Notes under the pieces: generated by a model
What the model was told of the DNA's origin: nothing
What the model saw: only the letters and a program-made list of their open reading frames with translations
Databases searched by the model: none
Shown here: piece after piece, positions 56,118 to 64,000 of the stretch
Position numbering within the stretch: position 1 is the stretch's first letter
How the letters are laid out: each line of letters starts with the position of its first letter
Program-made: the position numbers and the translations under genes
Virus record (IMG/VR): IMGVR_UViG_3300033571_018919
Span: 1-64,000 of that record
Length of the DNA: 64,000 nucleotides
Reading direction: 5' to 3' (one strand)
Source of the DNA: an uncultured virus (IMG/VR IMGVR_UViG_3300033571_018919)
Taxonomy: Duplodnaviria > Heunggongvirae > Uroviricota > Caudoviricetes

Positions 56118-59100
56118 ATGTTTTTCAAAGAATTTTTATACAAAGCACAAACTCAAACTTTCACCTCCAATAAGCTTTTTACTTGGGGATTAGGCACATC
56201 TGGTCAATTAGGCTCTTACGGTGAATCAAATTTATCACTAGTACAAGCAAGTGCCGGACAATCACACGTGCTTGCTATTACTAGTGATAGTAGATTGTTA
56301 TCGTGGGGAGTTAACAGTGATGGTCAATTGGGCGATGGCACTACTATCAATAAATCTAATCCTGTACAGGTAGGTCAACCTGGTTGGAAAAAAGTAGCAG
56401 CAGGATTACTTCATAGTGTTGCAATTAGAAGTGACGGAACATTATTTTCATGGGGCTCAAATAGCGTTGGTCAATTAGGATTAAATTTAGGAACAGCGGC
56501 TACAGCTCGCCGGTCTAATCCAACACAAATTGGTTCATTAGCAAACTGGATAGATATAAGTGGTAAAGCAACTACAACAATAGCATTAAATGAAGCTAGA
56601 GAACTGTATGCTTGGGGAAATAATAACTTAGGCCAAATAGGTGTTAACGACACAATCAATAGATCAAGCCCCGTACAAATTGGAATAGGATTAAGTTGGT
56701 ATAAAGTTTCTGTTGGTAGTCATGTTATGGGTGTTACAGTGACTGGTGAACTATATGGTTGGGGAGCTAATGGGGCTGGTCAATTAGGAATAAATGCAAC
56801 AAATAATAGAAGTAGCCCAACTCTAGTTGCTAATTCTGGTTATACTGATGTAAGCATAGGTGAAGGCCATACATTAGGATTAGCGTCAGGTAATTTATTG
56901 TTTGCTTGGGGAAATAACCTTGAAGGACAATTGGGTGACGGTACAACTATATTAAAATCTAGTCCAGTACAAATAGGTTCAAGTTCTTTTACTTTTATTA
57001 GTGCAGCTTCTAGATTTAGTCAAGCAATAAGATTAGATGGGGGATTGTTTGCTTGGGGATTAAACACAAGTGGTCAAATTGGAACTAATAATCAAATAGG
57101 TAGGTCAAGCCCAGTACAAGTAGGAACGAGTAGTTGGTCGCTAGTGGCAAGTAGTTTAGTGAGTGGTTGGGTTATAGGAACCACTTCTGACAAAACTGCA
57201 TATGGATGGGGGGCGAACGGTTCAGGACAATTAGGTAATAATACTACCATTACACGATCAAGCCCGACTTTAGTTGCAAGTTCAATTGTTGGTAATTATA
57301 GTGTGCCAATACAAGTAGGGACACTTTCATGGAATGCAATTTCAACTGGGGGTACACATACAATTGCATTAAGAAGTGATAATTTATTATTTGCATGGGG
57401 TTTAAACACTTCAGGCCAATTAGGTGACAATACAGCGATAAGCAAGTCAAGCCCAGTGCAGATAGGTACAAGTAGTTGGACAGCAGTAACAGCAGGTGAA
57501 GCTGATAGTTCTTTTGCCATTAGAAGTGACAATACATTATGGACTTGGGGTAACGTTACAACAAACTTAACTGGTGGAAATATATTAACAGAAAGTTGGC
57601 AACAGGTAACCAATAATGCAAACAGTTCAATTGGATTAAGAGCAGACGGTACATTATGGACATGGGGAGAAAATAGTTTTGGTCAAATTGGTAATAATAC
57701 CACAATTAATAGATCAAGCCCTGTACAAATTGCAAGTGATAAGAGTTGGTTAAAATTAGGTGAAAATAACAATGTAAATAATGCGGTTGCGGCAATAGAC
57801 TCAAATTATAAACTTTGGGTATGGGGTCGCAATAACACTGGTCAACTAGCCACAGGTGATACGATTAATAGATCAAGTCCTGTATTAGTAATGAGTGATA
57901 AAAGCTGGAGTATGGTATCAGCAAGTAAAGGTATTACTACTGATGGTAAACTTTGGAGTTGGGGAGCAGGTGCTACCGGTTTAATTGGAGACAACACCAC
58001 CGTTGATAAATCAAGCCCAGTGCAGTTAAGTGTTGGTACAAGTTTTACATTGGTTTCCGGAGCTTCAGACTCTAATCGTCATACATTTGCTATAAGCACA
58101 ACTGGATTGTTGTATGGTTGGGGATTTAATAACACAGGACAATTAGGTTTAGGTAATACACTAAACAGATCCCAACCTACTTTATTGGCCTCCCCGTTCG
58201 ACACGTTTTCGTGGAATTTCGTTAGTGTTGGCGGCACTGATGGTACTGGCTCAACAGGTGGCCATACATTAGCTTTAAGAAATGATAATACTTTATATGT
58301 TTGGGGATTAAACAACGTAGGACAATTAGGTAATAATACTACTATCAACCGAAGCTCACCATTACAAGTATCATTTGTTAATATTCCACTAAGTTGGGCT
58401 ACAGTGGCAGCTGCTGCTTCAAGATCAACTGCTTTAGATTTTGATGGAAAATTATGGGGTTGGGGTATTAATACGACCTACGGCGCAGTTGGTGACTCTA
58501 CAACAGTTAACAGATCATCCCCCGTAATATTAACAAGCACTGGTGTTACTTTTGCAAAAATTACGTCAGGATATTTTCACAGTAATGGAATAAGAGATGA
58601 TGGATATTTATATGCATGGGGCGCAAATAATTTAGGAAACTTAGGAAATAATACAACAATTAATAGATCCTCACCGGCACTAATAAGTTCTATTCCAACA
58701 AACTTATCAAGTCCAGTGCAACTAGGTGTAGGTAAATCAAATTGGAGTGCTATCCATTCTGGAACTTCAACACATGCAGCAATCGATGCGACAGGCGCGT
58801 TATACATTTGGGGAAGTAATGCGACAGGTCAATTAGGAAATAATAGTGTTTTTACTCGAACAGGATTAAGAGTACTTGACAATAATAGTTGGAATAGTGT
58901 CAGTGTTGGTGCAAGTCATGTGTTAGCCATACGAAATAATAATCAATTGTATGCATGGGGCGGTAATGCAAGTTTTCAAATTGGCGATAATTCCAGTATT
59001 AATAAATCAAGTCCGATTCTCATTGATTCGGCTAGCTGGCTAAGTGTAAGTGCAGGTATTAACCACTCTCTTGCAATTAAATCCGGGGGAGGTTTATATG

Positions 59101-62063
59101 CATGGGGTAGTGGTTTATTTGGTCAAACCGGTATTATTACAGACATTTATTCTTGGACACAAATAAATGCTGGTACAAACTTTGTTTTAGGTGTAAGACA
59201 AGATAGTACATTATGGGGTTATGGACTAAACACTAGTGGTCAACTAGGAGATAGCACTGCCGCTACAAAATCTAGCCCCACTCAAGTAGGTACGACTAGT
59301 TGGAGTAAAATTAGTGCAGGAGGCTCAAATGCACTTGGTATCACTATAGATGGTAAATTATTTTCTTGGGGTTCTGGATCAACATTTCAACTCGGTGATG
59401 GCACAACAATAAACAAATCTAGTCCAGTACAAATAGGAACCAGTAGCTGGTCACAAATTACTACAGGTACAGCACATAGTTTAGCTATTGACATAAATGG
59501 CAGATTATTTGGTTGGGGTACATCTACAGCATTAAATGCTAGCACAGCTCCATTTAGTTGGACAGTTGTATCTGAAAATACATCACATGTAGCAGCAGTT
59601 CGAAGTGACGGATTGTTGTTTGTATGGGGTCTCAATAGTTCAGGACAAGTTGGAGACAATACAACTATTAATAAATCAAGTCCAGTACAAATAGGTACAA
59701 GTAGTTGGTTAACTGTAAGTAGTGGTGTCGATCATACATTAGCTATAACAAGCGATTATAGATTATTTGCCTGGGGCGGTAACACAGGTTTCCAACTAGG
59801 TGATAACACTACTATAAGTAAATCAAGTCCGGTATTATTGTCAGGTCCTAGTTGGACAACGGTAGTCGCTGCAAATAGTTATAGTATGGCATTAAAATCT
59901 AATAATACATTATGGGCGTGGGGTTTAGGAACTTCAGGTCAATTAGGTACACTAACTGAACCTAAGTCATGGATAGAATTAAGTGCAGGCAATAGTACAA
60001 GTTTAGCGATCCGCAGTGATAATACCTTATGGGGATGGGGATTAAACACTAGTTTTCAAATTGGAAATGGCGCAAGTGTAACACAATCTAGTCCAGTACA
60101 AGTAGATAGTTCATTGAGTTGGATAAAAGTAAGCTCAGGCAATAATCATGGCTTAGCAATTACTAATACAGGAGTTTTATATGGCTGGGGAACAAATGCT
60201 CAAGGTCAAGTCGGGAATAATACATCAGTAAATCGTAGTTTACCTACCCTAGTTGATTCATCCGGTAGTTGGAGTGTAGTGAGTGCAGGTAACAGTTTCT
60301 CATTGGGAATAAAAGAAAATAAATTATACACTTGGGGACAAAATAGCTTAGGTCAGTTAGGACAGGGTGATACTATAACAAGATTAAGCCCAACTCAAGT
60401 AGGATTGAACAATTGGACTGTAATAACTTCAAGCGAAACTAATAATTATGCAGGTGCGATTGATAGTAGTAATAGATTATTTTTATGGGGAGTAAACACT
60501 AATTACCAATTAGGTGATGGCACAACAACAAATAGAAATAGCCCTGTTGCAGTATTTGCTACTGGTACAAGTAGTTATGTTCAAGTAAGTGTAGGAGCAA
60601 GTCATACATTAGCAGTTCAAAGTGATGGCACATTGTGGGCCTGGGGGTCAAATACAAATTACATATTAGGATTAGGTGATACGAATATACGTTCAATACC
60701 AACACAAATGGGTTCAAGTAGTTGGACAAGTGTAAGTGCAGGAACAGATCATAGTATGGCAATCAAGTCTGACGGCACACTTTGGGGTTGGGGATTTAAT
60801 CTTTTTGGACAAGTTGGTCTTGCAACAACTGTGTATTCTTGGACTCAAGTTGCAAACACTGGCCTCACAACACACGCTATTAGAAGTGATGGTTTACTAT
60901 TTGGCTGGGGTTTAAATACTTCAGGGGAAATAGGGGATAACTCGATTATTAATAAATCGAGTCCTGTACAAGTAGGAATCAAAACATGGAAAAAAGTTTA
61001 TAATTTTACGGCTCTAGTTGGAAATCTTGCTTCTGTATTAGCCATTGACAATAACGACAATTTGTTTGCTTGGGGCAATAACACATCCGGAAATTTAGGG
61101 GACAATACAGTAATTAGTAGATCCTCACCTGTTGCGGTGGTGATTAAAGGAACAGGTAGCTATACACAAGTCTTTGTTGGTCCGGCTACAGTTGCAATAC
61201 AAAATGATGGAACACTTTGGTCATGGGGTGCTGGATCCTTTGTCGGAGACAACACAACCATTAGTAGATCAAGTCCAGTGCAGATAGGTTCTAGTACATG
61301 GTCTGCAGTAGGAGGTGCTTTATCCACTATTGCTGCTATAGATGCAACTGGTAGATTATTTACTTGGGGTAACCAATCAGCATCGGGTAGTGGCTCGTTA
61401 GGCACAAACGATCTTATAAATAGATCAAGTCCTACACTAGTTGCAGGCGCACCAGGTGCATTTAGTTGGACAAGTGTAAGTTCTGGTGGGGCTAATCATG
61501 TTTTAGCTATTCGTGAAAATGGAGCTGCGTACGGAACGGGTTTAAATGCTCAAGGTCAGTTAGGTGACAACACTGCAACTAGCAAGTCAACTTTTACTTT
61601 AGTTTCTGGGACAACAAGTTTTACTCAAGTAAGGTGTGGATTTAGTTTTACAATAGCATCAGCAAGTGACGGCACGCTTTGGGGTTGGGGGAACAATGAT
61701 TGGGGGCAACTTACTACTACTTTACCAATTGCTGCTAACAGATCAAATCCGGTTCAAATAGTAGCGCCAGGCCCAACAGTGTATTCTACTGGTCAATATA
61801 ATTTAGCCACAATCTATTCTAATGGTTTATTGTATAATCAAGGATACAATTTAAATGGGATGCTAGGAGATGGAACAACAACTAGTAAGTCGCTACCTGT
61901 TCAAATCGGAAACAATCCGATCATAAATATATCAGTACCCGTACAAATTGGTACCGGCAGCTGGAATCAAGTAAATGCAGGTACTCAATATACATTAGCA
62001 AGAGATACTAATAATGTTCTTTATGCTTGGGGTCAGGATACATCAGGACAATTAGGTTTTTAA
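56118..62063 (+). CDS. RCC1/BLIP-II-like repeat protein (multiple beta-propellers), part 1
   Basis: About 40 repeats of SW..VSAG..H.LAI..D..L..WG.N..GQLGD.T...RSSPVQIG. Confidence 0.9.
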   Translation: MFFKEFLYKAQTQTFTSNKLFTWGLGTSGQLGSYGESNLSLVQASAGQSHVLAITSDSRLLSWGVNSDGQLGDGTTINKSNPVQVGQPGWKKVAAGLLHSVAIRSDGTLFSWGSNSVGQLGLNLGTAATARRSNPTQIGSLANWIDISGKATTTIALNEARELYAWGNNNLGQIGVNDTINRSSPVQIGIGLSWYKVSVGSHVMGVTVTGELYGWGANGAGQLGINATNNRSSPTLVANSGYTDVSIGEGHTLGLASGNLLFAWGNNLEGQLGDGTTILKSSPVQIGSSSFTFISAASRFSQAIRLDGGLFAWGLNTSGQIGTNNQIGRSSPVQVGTSSWSLVASSLVSGWVIGTTSDKTAYGWGANGSGQLGNNTTITRSSPTLVASSIVGNYSVPIQVGTLSWNAISTGGTHTIALRSDNLLFAWGLNTSGQLGDNTAISKSSPVQIGTSSWTAVTAGEADSSFAIRSDNTLWTWGNVTTNLTGGNILTESWQQVTNNANSSIGLRADGTLWTWGENSFGQIGNNTTINRSSPVQIASDKSWLKLGENNNVNNAVAAIDSNYKLWVWGRNNTGQLATGDTINRSSPVLVMSDKSWSMVSASKGITTDGKLWSWGAGATGLIGDNTTVDKSSPVQLSVGTSFTLVSGASDSNRHTFAISTTGLLYGWGFNNTGQLGLGNTLNRSQPTLLASPFDTFSWNFVSVGGTDGTGSTGGHTLALRNDNTLYVWGLNNVGQLGNNTTINRSSPLQVSFVNIPLSWATVAAAASRSTALDFDGKLWGWGINTTYGAVGDSTTVNRSSPVILTSTGVTFAKITSGYFHSNGIRDDGYLYAWGANNLGNLGNNTTINRSSPALISSIPTNLSSPVQLGVGKSNWSAIHSGTSTHAAIDATGALYIWGSNATGQLGNNSVFTRTGLRVLDNNSWNSVSVGASHVLAIRNNNQLYAWGGNASFQIGDNSSINKSSPILIDSASWLSVSAGINHSLAIKSGGGLYAWGSGLFGQTGIITDIYSWTQINAGTNFVLGVRQDSTLWGYGLNTSGQLGDSTAATKSSPTQVGTTSWSKISAGGSNALGITIDGKLFSWGSGSTFQLGDGTTINKSSPVQIGTSSWSQITTGTAHSLAIDINGRLFGWGTSTALNASTAPFSWTVVSENTSHVAAVRSDGLLFVWGLNSSGQVGDNTTINKSSPVQIGTSSWLTVSSGVDHTLAITSDYRLFAWGGNTGFQLGDNTTISKSSPVLLSGPSWTTVVAANSYSMALKSNNTLWAWGLGTSGQLGTLTEPKSWIELSAGNSTSLAIRSDNTLWGWGLNTSFQIGNGASVTQSSPVQVDSSLSWIKVSSGNNHGLAITNTGVLYGWGTNAQGQVGNNTSVNRSLPTLVDSSGSWSVVSAGNSFSLGIKENKLYTWGQNSLGQLGQGDTITRLSPTQVGLNNWTVITSSETNNYAGAIDSSNRLFLWGVNTNYQLGDGTTTNRNSPVAVFATGTSSYVQVSVGASHTLAVQSDGTLWAWGSNTNYILGLGDTNIRSIPTQMGSSSWTSVSAGTDHSMAIKSDGTLWGWGFNLFGQVGLATTVYSWTQVANTGLTTHAIRSDGLLFGWGLNTSGEIGDNSIINKSSPVQVGIKTWKKVYNFTALVGNLASVLAIDNNDNLFAWGNNTSGNLGDNTVISRSSPVAVVIKGTGSYTQVFVGPATVAIQNDGTLWSWGAGSFVGDNTTISRSSPVQIGSSTWSAVGGALSTIAAIDATGRLFTWGNQSASGSGSLGTNDLINRSSPTLVAGAPGAFSWTSVSSGGANHVLAIRENGAAYGTGLNAQGQLGDNTATSKSTFTLVSGTTSFTQVRCGFSFTIASASDGTLWGWGNNDWGQLTTTLPIAANRSNPVQIVAPGPTVYSTGQYNLATIYSNGLLYNQGYNLNGMLGDGTTTSKSLPVQIGNNPIINISVPVQIGTGSWNQVNAGTQYTLARDTNNVLYAWGQDTSGQLGF

Positions 62064-64000
62064 ATGCCAACGAATTCACCAGTTTTATTAGGAAACAAAT
62101 TACCATATAATTTACCAGAGCCTCAAAAAGTTGACAACAATAGTTGGACACAAGTTAGTGCATTTAACGACTTTACAGTAGGGTTGAGGTCTAACAGTAT
62201 CTTGTATGCATGGGGCACAAATAATTCTTACCAAATTGGTGATGGTACTACACTAAACAAATCAACACCAACTCAAATTTCAAATAGTAGTTTCTTAGTG
62301 GTAAGTGCGGGCTTTGATCATAGTGCTGCGATTACCACTAACAATACACTATTTGTTTGGGGAAACAGTGCTAGTACTTTTGTTCAAACTATTAATTTCT
62401 CATGGACTAAAGTTGCAAGTTCAGGTAACCACACATTAGCTATTCGTAATGATAATACATTATGGACTTGGGGATTAAACACCGCAGGTCAATTAGGTGA
62501 CGGTACAACTATTAATAAATCAAGTCCAGTACAAATTGGTTCAGGTACATGGAATGATATTAGTGCAGCAGTAAGTCATTCTGTAGCAATTGACAGTGAT
62601 TACAAACTTTATGTTTGGGGTCAAAACAATGCCGGACAAATAGGCGACAATACATCGATTAACAAATCTAGTCCCGTTCAAATAGGTTCGAATAGTTGGC
62701 TACAAGTTGCATCTGGTAATAGTTATACTGTTTCAATAAACTCATTAAATGAAATGTTTGCGTGGGGTTTAAACACAAGTTATCAACTTGGGGATAGAAC
62801 AGTTATTAACAAATCTAGCCCTGTACAAATAGGTTCTACTTTTAGTTGGTCAAGTGTCAGTGCAGGCGTAGATCATAGTTTAGCAATAACAACCGATAAT
62901 CAATTATATATTTGGGGTAATCCAGCTGGTGCAGGTATACAAGAACCAACTACAATATATTCATGGACGCAAGTAACCGCAGGTAATATTTACACAACTG
63001 CTATTAGAAGTGATGGCAGTCTTTGGACATGGGGTAGGAACACTGAAGGACAATTAGGTCAAAACAATGTTATACTTCAAAGTAGTCCTGTACAGGTAGG
63101 TAATAGTAGTTACACACAAGTATCAGGCAAATGGAGTCATACAAGTGCAATTAAAGCTGACAGTACAATAATAGGATACGGTAGCAATACATACGGGGAG
63201 CTTGGTGATGGCACAACTATTGCAAAATCAAATCCAGTTACATTATCTTCTAGCTTTACAAACACAAGCTGGACTTCAGTTAGTGCAAGTGTAAATCACA
63301 CAGCAGCAATTAGAAATGATGGTAGAATTTATATTTGGGGTTTAAATACATCAGGTCAATTAGGTGACAATACTGCAATAAGCAAATCAAATCCTGTTAG
63401 TTTAGCAAGCCCATTTGACACAAGTAGTTGGACACAAGTAGATTTAGGAAGAGACTTCGCCCTTGCAAGAAGATTAGATGGTAAATTATATGCATGGGGA
63501 TTTAATGATTTAGGACAATTGGGAATTGTAAATTCTACTTTCCCAATTGGTGGCGATACTTTAAACAGAAGCAATCCAGTATTAATCAGTGATAGTAGTT
63601 GGATTCAAGTAAGTGCAGGCTTTGATCATAGTTTAGCTATACGCTCGGACAATACATTGTGGACATGGGGTAGCAGTGTGGCCATAGGATTAGTGACAGA
63701 ACCAATGTCATGGCTCGCTGTGTCAGGTGGTGCAACACACACATTAGGTATAAGAGATAATGGCACGTTATGGACATGGGGTACTAATGATCAAGGTCAA
63801 TTAGGCAATTCAACAACTGTTATACGCTTAAGCCCAGTTCAAATCGGATTAACTAGATGGGCAAGTGTAAGTGCAGGTAGTAGTTATTCTCACGCTATTG
63901 ATCAAGCTGGTTTATTATATGCATGGGGTTTAAATTCAAGTGGACAGTTAGGCGATAATTCATCGATTAATAAATCAAGCCCAGTACAGATAGGATCTAG
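62064..64000 (+). CDS. RCC1-repeat protein, part 2 (absent from the ORF track; open to the window end)
   Basis: ATG immediately after the TAA of part 1, in the same frame. Manual translation MPTNSPVLLGNKLPYNLPEPQKVDNNSWTQVSAF... shows no stop to 64000 and continues the RCC1 repeats. Confidence 0.9.
   Translation, partial: MPTNSPVLLGNKLPYNLPEPQKVDNNSWTQVSAFNDFTVGLRSNSILYAWGTNNSYQIGDGTTLNKSTPTQISNSSFLVVSAGFDHSAAITTNNTLFVWGNSASTFVQTINFSWTKVASSGNHTLAIRNDNTLWTWGLNTAGQLGDGTTINKSSPVQIGSGTWNDISAAVSHSVAIDSDYKLYVWGQNNAGQIGDNTSINKSSPVQIGSNSWLQVASGNSYTVSINSLNEMFAWGLNTSYQLGDRTVINKSSPVQIGSTFSWSSVSAGVDHSLAITTDNQLYIWGNPAGAGIQEPTTIYSWTQVTAGNIYTTAIRSDGSLWTWGRNTEGQLGQNNVILQSSPVQVGNSSYTQVSGKWSHTSAIKADSTIIGYGSNTYGELGDGTTIAKSNPVTLSSSFTNTSWTSVSASVNHTAAIRNDGRIYIWGLNTSGQLGDNTAISKSNPVSLASPFDTSSWTQVDLGRDFALARRLDGKLYAWGFNDLGQLGIVNSTFPIGGDTLNRSNPVLISDSSWIQVSAGFDHSLAIRSDNTLWTWGSSVAIGLVTEPMSWLAVSGGATHTLGIRDNGTLWTWGTNDQGQLGNSTTVIRLSPVQIGLTRWASVSAGSSYSHAIDQAGLLYAWGLNSSGQLGDNSSINKSSPVQIGS

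Noticed and set aside
62051..62120. Frameshift at GGT TTT TAA as the link between the two RCC1 genes
   Set aside because: Both shifted frames hit stops within about 20 codons, and the downstream gene is in the same frame.
2716..63574. Many short antisense and alternate-frame ORFs in the track (e.g. 2716-3078, 6568-6933, 11499-11987, 16648-17136, 63356-63574)
   Set aside because: They are shadows of long, codon-biased or repetitive genes, with no start signals or independent motifs.
1..64000. Genome-wide stop-codon reassignment, as in some large phages
   Set aside because: Genes are full length under code 11; TAA and TGA end genes at sensible positions; only one suspicious in-frame stop exists.
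30408..64000. Diversity-generating retroelement or invertase shufflon acting on the adhesins
   Set aside because: No reverse transcriptase or recombinase in the window, no repeat pair differing only at adenines noticed, and no inverted cassettes.

Overview
A 64-kb segment of a large, AT-rich T4-related (jumbo-type) myophage genome using the standard genetic code. 1-4959 holds a gp55 late sigma factor (partial), the gp47/gp46 recombination nuclease, a HAD deoxyribonucleotidase, an RfaD/HldD-like sugar epimerase and a PD-(D/E)xK resolvase. About 4950-5415 is a non-coding island dense with stems. A minus-strand gp26-like gene ends in a -1 slippery site plus hairpin leading into an unannotated 76-codon frame. 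6584-15294 holds a tape-measure-like protein with a Zn-peptidase tip and the head module (portal gp20, core proteins, protease gp21, scaffold gp22, major capsid gp23). The remaining ~48.6 kb, all on the + strand, is an array of fibre, adaptor and adhesin genes: Asn/Gly/Thr-rich shafts, three multi-LamG proteins, three polyglycine proteins, a fibre chaperone and two RCC1-repeat genes, the last missing from the ORF track and running off the window. Four observations stand out. (1) The RCC1 repeats parse as 7-bladed propellers recursively inserted into blades of other propellers, and this tree continues across an in-frame TAA-ATG junction. (2) The structured non-coding element behind the resolvase. 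(3) A lambda G/GT-like programmed frameshift in the gp26-like gene. (4) A possible docking code for a branched fibre assembly. All family assignments come from recognising motifs by eye; no searches were run.
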